Source: Eledone cirrhosa
Lineage: Eukaryota
Direction of reading: 5' to 3'
Assembly (NCBI GenBank): GCA_964016885.1
Contig: OZ024744.1
Coordinates: 53,010,001 to 53,074,000 of the forward strand
DNA: 64,000 bases
Each line of letters begins with the position of its first letter. Positions within the stretch are counted from its first letter, which is position 1. The notes under the pieces are model-generated. The model saw only the letters and a list, made by a program, of their open reading frames with translations. It had not been told where the DNA came from and ran no database searches. Below, in pieces: positions 1 to 13,300 of this stretch. The position numbers and the translations under genes are program-made.

Positions 1-3000
1 CTCTCTCAGTCTAGTGACAAGTGTAAGACATGTGACCAGTAAACATATCAACTACAAGACTACACCAGCACCTCTCTCTCAGTCTAGTGACAAGTGTAAG
101 ACATGTGACCAGTAAACATATCAACTACAAGACTACACCAGAACCACTCTCTCAGTCTAGTGACAAGTGTAAGCCATGTGACCAGTAAACATATCAACTA
201 CAAGACTACACCAGCACCACTCTCTCAGTCTAGTGACAAGTGTAAGACATGTGACCTGTAATCATATCAACTACAAGACTACACCAGCACCTCTCTCTCA
301 GTCCAGTGACAAGTGTAAGACATGTGACCAGTAAACATATCAACTACAAGACTACACCAGCACCACTCTCTCAGTTTAGTGACAAGTGTAAGACATGTGA
401 CCAGTAAACATATCAACTACAAGACTACACCAGCCCCTCTCTCTCAGTCTAGTGACAAGTGTAAGACATGTGACCAGTAAACATATCAACTACAAGACTA
501 CACCAGCACCACTCTCTCTCAGTCTAGTGACAAGTGTAAGACATGTGACCAGCAAACATATCAACTACAAGACTACACCAGCACCTCTCTCTCAGTCTAG
601 TGACAAGTGTAAGACATGTGACCAGTAAACATATCAACTACAAGACTACACCAGCACCACTCTCTCAGTCTAGTGACAAGTGTAAGACATGTGACCTGTA
701 AACACATCAACTACAAGACTACACCAGCACCTCTCTCTCAGTCTAGTGACAAGTGTAAGACATGTGACCAGTAATTACATCAACTACAAGACTACACCAG
801 CACCACTCTCTCAGTCTAGTGACAAGTGTAAGACATGTGACCAGTAATTACATCAACTACGAGACTACACCAGCACCTCTCTCTCAGTCTAGTGACAAGT
901 GTAAGACATGTGACCAGTAAACACATCAACTACAAACTACACCAGCACCACTCTCTCAGTCTAGTGACAAGTGTAAGACATGTGACCAGTAATTACATCA
1001 ACTACAAGACTACACCAGCACCTCTCTCTCAGTCTAGTGACAAGTGTAACTCATGTGACCAGTAAACATATCAACTACAAGACTACACCAGCATCTCTCT
1101 CTCAGTCTAGTGACAAGTGTAAGGCATGTGACAAGTAAACACATCAACTACAAGACTACACCAGCACCTCTCTCTCAGTCTAGTGACAAGTGTAAGACAT
1201 GTGACCAGTAACTACATCAACTACAAGACTACACCAGCACCACTCTCTCAGTCTAGTGACAAGTGTAAGACATGTGACCAGTAACTACATCAACTACAAG
1301 ACTACACCAGCACCTCTCTCTCAGTCTAGTGACAAGTGTAAGACATGTGACCAGTAAACATATCAACTACAAGACTACACCAGCCCCTCTCTCTCAGTCT
1401 AGTGACAAGTGTAAGTCATGTGACCAGTAAACATATCAACTACAAGACTACACCAGCACCTCTCTCTCAGTCTAGTGCCAAGTGTAAGACATGTGACCAG
1501 TAAACATATCAACTACAAGACTACACCAGCACCACTCTCTCAGTCTAGTGACAAGTGTAAGACATGTGACCAGTAAACATATCAACTACAAGACTACACC
1601 AGCACCTCTCTCTCAGTCTAGTGACAAGTGTAAGACATGTGACCTGTAAACACATCAACTACAGGACTACACCAGCACCACTCTCTCAGTCTAGTGACAA
1701 GTGTAAGACATGTGACCAGTAAACATATCAACTACAAGACTACACCAGCACCTCTCTCTCAGTCTAGTGACAAGTGTAAGACATGTGACCAGTAAACATA
1801 TCAACTACAAGACTACACCAGCACCTCTGTCTCAGTCTAGTGACAAGTGTAAGACATGTGACCAGTAAACATATCAACTACAAGACTACACCAGCACCTC
1901 TCTCTCAGTCTAGTGACAAGTGTAAGACATGTGACCAGTAAACATATCAACTACAAGACTACACCAGCACCTTTCTCTCAGTCTAGTGACAAGTGTAAGA
2001 CATGTGACCAGTAAACATATCAACTACAAGACTACACCAGCACCACTCTCTCAGTCTAGTGACAAGTGTAAGACATGTGACCAGTAAACATATCAACTAC
2101 AAGACTACACCAGCACCTCTCTCTCAGTCTAGTGACAAGTGTAAGACATGTGACCAGTAAACATATCAACTACAAGACTACACCAGCACCTCTCTCTCAG
2201 TCTAGTGCCAAGTGTAAGCCATGTGACCAGTAAACATATCAACTACAAGACTACACCAGCACCACTCTCTCAGTCTAGTGACAAGTGTAAGCCATGTGAC
2301 CAGTAAACATATCAACTACAAGACTACACCAGCACCTCTCTCTCAGTCTAGTGACAAGTGTAAGACATGTGACCAGTAAACATATCAACTACAAGACTAC
2401 ACCAGCACCTCTCTCTCAGTCTAGTGACAAGTGTAAGCCATGTGACCAGTAAACATATCAACTACAAGACTACACCAGCACCACTCTCTCAGTCTAGTGA
2501 CAAGTGTAAGACATGTGACCAGTAATCATATCAACTACAAGACTACACCAGCACCTCTCTCTCAGTCTAGTGACAAGTGTAAGATATGTGACCAGTAAAC
2601 ATATCAACTACAAGACTACACCAGCACCACTCTCTCAGTCTAGTGACAAGTGTAAGACATGTGACCTGTAAACACATCAACTACAAGACTACACCAGCAC
2701 CTCTCTCTCAGTCTAGTGACAAGTGTAAGACATGTGACCAGTAATTACATCAACTACAAGACTACACCATCACCTCTCTCTCAGTCTAGTGACAAGTGTA
2801 AGACATGTGACCAGTAAACACATCAACTACAAGACTACACCAGCACCTCTCTCTCAGTCTAGTGACAAGTGTAAGACATGTGACCAGTAAACACATCAAC
2901 TACAAGACTACACCAGCACCTCTCTCTCAGTCTAGTGACAAGTGTAAGACATGTGACCAGTAAACATATCAACTACAAGACTACACCAGCACCTCTCTCT

Positions 3001-4130
3001 CAGTCTAGTGACAAGTGTAAGACATGTGACCAGTAAACATATCAACTACAAGACTACACCAGCACCTCTCTCTCAGTTTAGTGACAGGTGTAAGACATGT
3101 GACCAGTAAACATATCAACTACAAGACTACACCAGCACCACTCTCTCTCAGTCTAGTGACAAGTGTAAGACATGTGACCAGTAAACATATCAACTACAAG
3201 ACTACACCAGCACCTCTCTCTCAGTCTAGTGACAAGTGTAAGACATGTGACCAGTAAACATATCAACTACAAGACTACACCAGCACCTCTCTCTCAGTCT
3301 AGTTACAAGTGTAAGACATGTGACCAGTAACTACATCAACTACAAGACTACACCAGCACCTCTCTCTCAGACTAGTGACAAGTGTAAGACATGTGACCAG
3401 TAAACATATCAACTACAAGACTACACCAGCACCTCTCTCTCAGTCTAGTGACAAGTGTAAGACATGTGACCAGTAAACATATCAACTACAAGACTACACC
3501 AGCACCTCTCTCTCAGTCTAGTGACAAGTGTAAGACATGTGACCAGTAAACATATCAACTACAAGACTACACCAGCACCTCTCTCTCAGTCTAGTGACAA
3601 GTGTAAGACATGTGACCAGTAAACATATCAACTACAAGACTACACCAGAACCACTCTCTCAGTCTAGTGACAAGTGTAAGCCATGTGACCAGTAAACATA
3701 TCAACTACAAGACTACACCAGCACCACTCTCTCAGTCTAGTGACAAGTGTAAGACATGTGACCTGTAATCATATCAACTACAAGACTACACCAGCACCTC
3801 TCTCTCAGTCCAGTGACAAGTGTAAGACATGTGACCAGTAAACATATCAACTACAAGACTACACCAGCACCACTCTCTCAGTTTAGTGACAAGTGTAAGA
3901 CATGTGACCAGTAAACATATCAACTACAAGACTACACCAGCCCCTCTCTCTCAGTCTAGTGACAAGTGTAAGACATGTGACCAGTAAACATATCAACTAC
4001 AAGACTACACCAGCACCACTCTCTCTCAGTCTAGTGACAAGTGTAAGACATGTGACCAGCAAACATATCAACTACAAGACTACACCAGCACCTCTCTCTC
4101 AGTCTAGTGACAAGTGTAAGACATGTGACC
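1..4130. repeat. Dispersed block duplication: ~1-620 recurs at ~3508-4130 (offset 48 monomers)
   Basis: Same ordered rare variants in both: GAACCACT (141/3648), GACCTGTAATC, GTCCAGT, GTTTAG, 75-bp monomer, CCAGCAAAC; offset 3507 bp. Confidence 0.85.
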
Positions 4131-5549
4131 AGTAAACATATCAATTACAAGACTACACCAGAACCACTCTCTCAGTCTAGTGACAAGTGTAAGCCATGTG
4201 ACCAGTAAACATATCAACTACAAGACTACACCAGCACCACTCTCTCAGTCTAGTGACAAGTGTAAGACATGTGACCAGTAATCATATCAACTACAAGACT
4301 ACACCAGCACCTCTCTCTCAGTCTAGTGACAAGTGTAAGACATGTGACCAGTAAACATATCAACTACAAGACTACACCAGCACCACTCTCTCAGTCTAGT
4401 GACAAGTGTAAGACATGTGACCTGTAAACACATCAACTACAAGACTACACCAGCACCTCTCTCTCAGTCTAGTGACAAGTGTAAGACATGTGACCAGTAA
4501 TTACATCAACTACAAGACTACACCATCACCTCTCTCTCAGTCTAGTGACAAGTGTAAGACATGTGACCAGTAAACACATCAACTACAAGACTACACCAGC
4601 ACCTCTCTCTCAGTCTAGTGACAAGTGTAAGACATGTGACCAGTAAACACATCAACTACAAGACTACACCAGCACCTCTCTCTCAGTCTAGTGACAAGTG
4701 TAAGACATGTGACCAGTAAACATATCAACTACAAGACTACACCAGCACCTCTCTCTCAGTCTAGTGACAAGTGTAAGACATGTGACCAGTAAACATATCA
4801 ACTACAAGACTACACCAGCACCTCTCTCTCAGTTTAGTGACAGGTGTAAGACATGTGACCAGTAAACATATCAACTACAAGACTACACCAGCACCACTCT
4901 CTCTCAGTCTAGTGACAAGTGTAAGACATGTGACCAGTAAACATATCAACTACAAGACTACACCAGCACCTCTCTCTCAGTCTAGTGACAAGTGTAAGAC
5001 ATGTGACCAGTAAACATATCAACTACAAGACTACACCAGCACCTCTCTCTCAGTCTAGTGACAAGTGTAAGACATGTGACCAGTAAACATATCAACTACA
5101 AGACTACACCAGCACCTCTCTCTCAGTCTAGTGACAAGTGTAAGACATGTGACCAGTAACTACATCAACTACAAGACTACACCAGCACCTCTCTCTCAGA
5201 CTAGTGACAAGTGTAAGACATGTGACCAGTAAACATATCAACTACAAGACTACACCAGCACCTCTCTCTCAGTCTAGTGACAAGTGTAAGACATGTGACC
5301 AGTAAACATATCAACTACAAGACTACACCAGCACCTCTCTCTCAGTCTAGTGACAAGTGTAAGACATGTGACCAGTAAACATATCAACTACAAGACTACA
5401 CCAGCACCTCTCTCTCAGTCTAGTGACAAGTGTAAGACATGTGACCAGTAAACATATCAACTACAAGACTACACCAGAACCACTCTCTCAGTCTAGTGAC
5501 AAGTGTAAGCCATGTGACCAGTAAACATATCAACTACAAGACTGCACCA

Positions 5550-8500
5550 GCACCACTCTCTCAGTCTAGTGACAAGTGTAAGACATGTGACCTGTAAACA
5601 CATCAACTACAAGACTACACCAGCACCTCTCTCTCAGTCTAGTGACAAGTGTAAGACATGTGACCAGTAATTACATCAACTACAAGACTACACCATCACC
5701 TCTCTCTCAGTCTAGTGACAAGTGTAAGACATGTGACCAGTAAACACATCAACTACAAGACTACACCAGCACCTCTCTCTCAGTCTAGTGACAAGTGTAA
5801 GACATGTGACCAGTAAACACATCAACTACAAGACGACACCAGCACCTCTCTCTCAGTCTAGTGACAAGTGTAAGACATGTGACCAGTAAACATATCAACT
5901 ACAAGACTACACCAGCACCTCTCTCTCAGTCTAGTGACAAGTGTAAGACATGTGACCAGTAAACATATCAACTACAAGACTACACCAGCACCTCTCTCTC
6001 AGTTTAGTGACAGGTGTAAGACATGTGACCAGTAAACATATCAACTACAAGACTACACCAGCACCTCTCTCTCAGTCTAGTGACAAGTGTAAGACATGTG
6101 ACCAGTAAACATATCAACTACAAGACTACACCAGCACCTCTCTCTCAGTCTAGTGACAAGTGTAAGACATGTGACCAGTAAACATATCAACTACAAGACT
6201 ACACCAGCACCTCTCTCTCAGTCTAGTGACAAGTGTAAGACATGTGACCAGTAACTACATCAACTACAAGACTACACCAGCACCTCTCTCTCAGAATAGT
6301 GACAAGTGTAAGACATGTGACCAGTAAACATATCAACTACAAGACTACACCAGCACCTCTCTCTCAGTCTAGTGACAAGTGTAAGACATGTGACCAGTAA
6401 ACATATCAACTACAAGACTACACCAGCACCTCTCTCTCAGTCTAGTGACAAGTGTAAGACATGTGACCAGTAAACACATCAAATACAAGACTACACCAGC
6501 ACCACTCTCTCAGTCTAGTGACAAGTGTAAGACATGTGACCAGTAAACATATCAACTACAAGACTACACCAGCACCTCTCTCTCAGTCTAGTGACAAGTG
6601 TAAGCCATGTGACCAGTAACTACATCAACTACAAGACTACACCAGCAACACTCTCTCAGTCTAGTGACAAGTGTAAGACATGTGACCAGTAAACATATCA
6701 ACTACAAGACTACACCAGCACCTTTCTCTCTCAGTCTAGTGACAAGTGTAAGACAGGTGACCAGTAAACATATCAACTACAAGACTACACCAGCACCACT
6801 CTCTCAGTTTAGTGACAAGTGTAAGCCATGTGACCAGTAAACATATCAACTACAAGACTACACCAGCACCTCTCTCTCAGTCTAGTGACAAGTGTAAGAC
6901 ATGTGACCAGTAAACACATCAACTACAAGACTACACCAGCACCTCTCTCTCAGTCTAGTGACAAGTGTAAGACATGTGACCAGTAAACATATCAACTACA
7001 AGACTACACCAGCACCACTCTCTCAGTTTAGTGACAAGTGTAAGACATGTGACCAGTAAACATATCAACTACAAGACTACACCAGCCCCTCTCTCTCAGT
7101 CTAGTGACAAGTGTAAGACATGTGACCATTAAACATATCAACTACAAGACTACACCAGCACCACTCTCTCTCAGTCTAGTGACAAGTGTAAGACATGTGA
7201 CCAGCAAACATATCAACTACAAGACTACACCAGCACCTCTCTCTCAGTCTAGTGACAAGTGTAAGACATGTGACCAGTAAACATATCAACTACAAGACTA
7301 CACCAGCACCTCTCTCTCAGTCTAGTGACAAGTGTAAGACATGTGACCAGTAAACATATCAACTACAAGACTACACCAGCACCTCTCTCTCAGTCTAGTG
7401 ACAAGTGTAAGACATGTGACCAGTAAACATATCAACTACAAGACTACACCAGCACCTCTCTCTCAGTATAGTGACAAGTGTAAGCCATGTGACCAGTAAA
7501 CATATCAACTACAAGACTACACCAGCACCTCTCTCTCAGTCTAGTGACAAGTGTAAGACATGTGACCAGTAAACATATCAACTACAAGACTACACCAGCA
7601 CCACTCTCTCAGTCTAGTGACAAGTGTAAGACATGTGACCAGTAAACACATCAACTACAAGACTACACCAGCACCTCTCTCTCAGTCTAGTGACAAGTGT
7701 AAGTCATGTGACCAGTAAACACATCAACTACAAGACTACACCAGCACCTCTCTCTCAGTTTAGTGACAAGTGTAAGACAAGTGACCAGTAAACATATCAA
7801 CTACAAGACTACACCAGCACCTCTCTCTCAGTCTAGTGACAAGTGTAAGTCATGTGACCAGAAACATATCAACTACAAGACTACACCAGCACCTCTCTCT
7901 CAGTCTAGTGACAAGTGTAAGCCATGTGACCAGTAAACATATCAACTACAAGACTACTCCAGCACCACTCTCTCTCAGTCTAGTGACAAGTGTAAGCCAT
8001 GTGACCAGTAAACACATCAACTACAAGACTACACCAGCACCTCTCTCTCAGTCTAGTGACAAGTGTAAGACATGTGACCAGTAAATACATCAACTACAAG
8101 ACTACACCAGCACCTCTCTCTCAGTCTAGTGACAAGTGTAAGACATGTGACCAGTAAACACATCAACTACAAGACTACACCAGCACCTCTCTCTCAGTCT
8201 AGTGACAAGTGTAAGACATGTGACCAGTAAACACATCAACTACAAGACTACACCAGCACCTCTCTCTCAGTCTAGTGACAAGTGTAAGACATGTGACCAG
8301 TAAACATATCAACTACAAGACTACACCAGCACCTCTCTCTCAGTCTAGTGACAAGTGTAAGCCATGTGACCAGTAAACATATCAACTACAAGACTACTCC
8401 AGCACCACTCTCTCTCAGTCTAGTGACAAGTGTAAGCCATGTGACCAGTAAACACATCAACTACAAGACTACACCAGCACCTCTCTCTCAGTCTAGTGAC

Positions 8501-11500
8501 AAGTGTAAGACATGTGACCAGTAAATACATCAACTACAAGACTACACCAGCACCTCTCTCTCAGTCTAGTGACAAGTGTAAGACATGTGACCAGTAAACA
8601 CATCAACTACAAGACTACACCAGCACCTCTCTCTCAGTCTAGTGACAAGTGTAAGACATGTGACCAGTAAACACATCAACTACAAGACTACACCAGCACC
8701 TCTCTCTCAGTCTAGTGACAAGTGTAAGACATGTGACCAGTAAACATATCAACTACAAGACTACACCAGCACCTCTCTCTCAGTCTAGTGACAAGTGTAA
8801 GACATGTGACCAGTAAACATATCAACTACAAGACTACACCAGCACCACTCTCTCAGTCTAGTGACAAGTGTAAGACATGTGACCAGTAAACATATCAACT
8901 ACAAGACTACACCAGCACCTCTCTCTCAGTCTAGTGACAAGTGTAAGACATGTGACCAGTAAATACGTCAACTACAAGACTACACCAGCACCTCTCTCTC
9001 AGTCTAGTGACAAGTGTAACTCATGTGACCAGTAAACATATCAACTACAAGACTACACCAGCACCTCTCTCTCAGTCTAGTGACAAGTGTAAGACATGTG
9101 ACCAGTAATTACATCAACTACAAGACTACACCAGCACCTCTCTCTCAGTCTAGTGACAAGTGTAAGTCATGTGACCAGTAAACACATCAACTACAAGACT
9201 ACACCAGCACCTCTCTCTCAGTCTAGTGACAAGTGTAAGACATGTGACCAGTAAACATATCAACTACAAGACTACACCAGCACCTCTCTCTCAGTCTAGT
9301 GACAAGTGTAAGCCATGTGACCAGTAAACATATCAACTACAAGACTACACCAGCACCTCTCTCTTAGTCTACTGACAAGTGTAAGACATGTGACCAGTAA
9401 ACATATCAACTACAAGACTACACCAGCACCACTCTCTCAGTCTAGTGACAAGTGTAAGACATGTGACCAGTAAACATATCAACTACAAGACTACACCAGC
9501 ACCTCTCTCTCAGTCTAGTGACAAGTGTAAGACATGTGACCAGTAATTACATCAACTACAAGACTACACCATCACCTCTCTCTCAGTCTAGTGACAAGTG
9601 TAAGACATGTGACCAGTAAACACATCAACTACAAGACTACACCAGCACCTCTCTCTCAGTCTAGTGACAAGTGTAAGACATGTGACCAGTAAACACATCA
9701 ACTACAAGACTACACCAGCACCTCTCTCTCAGTCTAGTGACAAGTGTAAGACATGTGACCAGTAAACATATCAACTACAAGACTACACCAGCACCTCTCT
9801 CTCAGTCTAGTGACAAGTGTAAGACATGTGACCAGTAAACATATCAACTACAAGACTACACCAGCACCTCTCTCTCAGTTTAGTGACAGGTGTAAGACAT
9901 GTGACCAGTAAACATATCAACTACAAGACTACACCAGCACCACTCTCTCTCAGTCTAGTGACAAGTGTAAGACATGTGACCTGTAAACACATCAACTACA
10001 AGACTACACCAGCACCTCTCTCTCAGTCTAGTGACAAGTGTAAGACATGTGACCAGTAATTACATCAACTACAAGACTACACCATCACCTCTCTCTCAGT
10101 TTAGTGACAGGTGTAAGACATGTGACCAGTAAACATATCAACTACAAGACTACACCAGCACCACTCTCTCAGTCTAGTGACAAGTGTAAGACATGTGACC
10201 TGTAAACACATCAACTACAAGACTACACCAGCACCTCTCTCTCAGTCTAGTGACAAGTGTAAGACATGTGACCAGTAATTACATCAACTACAAGACTACA
10301 CCATCACCTCTCTCTCAGTCTAGTGACAAGTGTAAGACATGTGACCAGTAAACACATCAACTACAAGACTACACCAGCACCTCTCTCTCAGTCTAGTGAC
10401 AAGTGTAAGACATGTGACCAGTAAACACATCAACTACAAGACGACACCAGCACCTCTCTCTCAGTCTAGTGACAAGTGTAAGACATGTGACCATTAAACA
10501 TATCAACTACAAGACTACACCAGCACCTCTCTCTCAGTCTAGTGACAAGTGTAAGACATGTGACCAGTAAACATATCAACTACAAGACTACACCAGCACC
10601 TCTCTCTCAGTTTAGTGACAGGTGTAAGACATGTGACCAGTAAACATATCAACTACAAGACTACACCAGCACCTCTCTCTCAGTCTAGTGACAAGTGTAA
10701 GACATGTGACCAGTAAACATATCAACTACAAGACTACACCAGCACCTCTCTCTCAGTCTAGTGACAAGTGTAAGACATGTGACCAGTAAACATATCAACT
10801 ACAAGACTACACCAGCACCTCTCTCTCAGTCTAGTGACAAGTGTAAGACATGTGACCAGTAAACATATCAACTACAAGACTACACCAGCACCTCTCTCTC
10901 AGTTTAGTGACAGGTGTAAGACATGTGACCAGTAAACATATCAACTACAAGACTACACCAGCACCACTCTCTCAGTCTAGTGACAAGTGTAAGACATGTG
11001 ACCTGTAAACACATCAACTACAAGACTACACCAGCACCTCTCTCTCAGTCTAGTGACAAGTGTAAGACATGTGACCAGTAATTACATCAACTACAAGACT
11101 ACACCATCACCTCTCTCTCAGTCTAGTGACAAGTGTAAGACATGTGACCAGTAAACACATCAACTACAAGACTACACCAGCACCTCTCTCTCAGTCTAGT
11201 GACAAGTGTAAGACATGTGACCAGTAAACACATCAACTACAAGACGACACCAGCACCTCTCTCTCAGTCTAGTGACAAGTGTAAGACATGTGACCAGTAA
11301 ACATATCAACTACAAGACTACACCAGCACCTCTCTCTCAGTCTAGTGACAAGTGTAAGACATGTGACCAGTAAACATATCAACTACAAGACTACACCAGC
11401 ACCTCTCTCTCAGTTTAGTGACAGGTGTAAGACATGTGACCAGTAAACATATCAACTACAAGACTACACCAGCACCTCTCTCTCAGTCTAGTGACAAGTG

Positions 11501-13300
11501 TAAGACATGTGACCAGTAAACATATCAACTACAAGACTACACCAGCACCTCTCTCTCAGTCTAGTGACAAGTGTAAGACATGTGACCAGTAAACATATCA
11601 ACTACAAGACTACACCAGCACCTCTCTCTCAGTCTAGTGACAAGTGTAAGACATGTGACCAGTAACTACATCAACTACAAGACTACACCAGCACCTCTCT
11701 CTCAGACTAGTGACAAGTGTAAGACATGTGACCAGTAAACATATCAACTACAAGACTACACCAGCACCTCTCTCTCAGTCTAGTGACAAGTGTAAGACAT
11801 GTGACCAGTAAACATATCAACTACAAGACTACACCAGCACCTCTCTCTCAGTCTAGTGACAAGTGTAAGACATGTGACCAGTAAACACATCAAATACAAG
11901 ACTACACCAGCACCACTCTCTCAGTCTAGTGACAAGTGTAAGACATGTGACCAGTAAACATATCAACTACAAGACTACACCAGCACCTCTCTCTCAGTCT
12001 AGTGACAAGTGTAAGCCATGTAACCAGTAACTACATCAACTACAAGACTACACCAGCAACACTCTCTCAGTCTAGTGACAAGTGTAAGACATGTGACCAG
12101 TAAACATATCAACTACAAGACTACACCAGCACCTTTCTCTCTCAGTCTAGTGACAAGTGTAAGACAGGTGACCAGTAAACATATCAACTACAAGACTACA
12201 CCAGCACCACTCTCTCAGTTTAGTGACAAGTGTAAGCCATGTGACCAGTAAACATATCAACTACAAGACTACACCAGCACCTCTCTCTCAGTCTAGTGAC
12301 AAGTGTAAGACATGTGACCAGTAAACACATCAACTACAAGACTACACCAGCACCTCTCTCTCAGTCTAGTGACAAGTGTAAGACATGTGACCAGTAAACA
12401 TATCAACTACAAGACTACACCAGCACCACTCTCTCAGTTTAGTGACAAGTGTAAGACATGTGACCAGTAAACATATCAACTACAAGACTACACCAGCCCC
12501 TCTCTCTCAGTCTAGTGACAAGTGTAAGACATGTGACCAGTAAACATATCAACTACAAGACTACACCAGCACCACTCTCTCTCAGTCTAGTGACAAGTGT
12601 AAGACATGTGACCAGCAAACATATCAACTACAAGACTACACCAGCACCTCTCTCTCAGTCTAGTGACAAGTGTAAGACATGTGACCAGTAAACATATCAA
12701 CTACAAGACTACACCAGCACCTCTCTCTCAGTCTAGTGACAAGTGTAAGACATGTGACCAGTAAACATATCAACTACAAGACTACACCAGCACCTCTCTC
12801 TCAGTCTAGTGACAAGTGTAAGACATGTGACCAGTAAACATATCAACTACAAGACTACACCAGCACCTCTCTCTCAGTCTAGTGACAAGTGTAAGACATG
12901 TGACCAGTAAACATATCAACTACAAGACTACACCAGCACCACTCTCTCAGTCTAGTGACAAGTGTAAGACATGTGACCAGTAAACACATCAACTACAAGA
13001 CTACACCAGCACCTCTCTCTCAGTCTAGTGACAAGTGTAAGTCATGTGACCAGTAAACACATCAACTACAAGACTACACCAGCACCTCTCTCTCAGTTTA
13101 GTGACAAGTGTAAGACATGTGACCAGTAAACATATCAACTACAAGACTACACCAGCACCTCTCTCTCAGTCTAGTGACAAGTGTAAGTCATGTGACCAGT
13201 AAACATATCAACTACAAGACTACACCAGCACCTCTCTCTCAGTCTAGTGACAAGTGTAAGCCATGTGACCAGTAAACATATCAACTACAAGACTACTCCA
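5550..13300. repeat. Block duplication: ~5550-7900 recurs at ~10960-13300 (offset 74 monomers)
   Basis: Shared ordered markers GACGACACC, TCAAATAC, GCAACACT, CCTTTCTCTCTC (6721/12132), GACAGGTGA, CCAGCAAAC; offset 5411 bp = 74x73+9. Confidence 0.85.
7880..8770. repeat. Tandem 6-monomer (440 bp) higher-order duplication
   Basis: AGACTACTCC plus a 75-bp monomer at 7951 and 8391; offset 440 = 5x73+75; downstream AAATAC/AAACAC variants repeat in order. Confidence 0.9.

Noticed and set aside
1-80. Tandem tRNA, 5S or other structured RNA genes (73 nt is tRNA-sized)
   Set aside because: No cloverleaf, no GTTCRA B-box or A-box, no oligo-T terminator; only a 5-bp inverted pair (AGACT/AGTCT) and short palindromes (CTAG, ACATGT).
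7836-8084. 82-aa ORF
   Set aside because: GTG start inside the repeat; open only because a 72-bp and a 75-bp monomer are adjacent. Normal 73-bp monomers shift frame into TAA/TAG.
8055-8084. CxxC-like peptide DKCKTCDQ
   Set aside because: Followed immediately by TAA in every monomer; chance translation.
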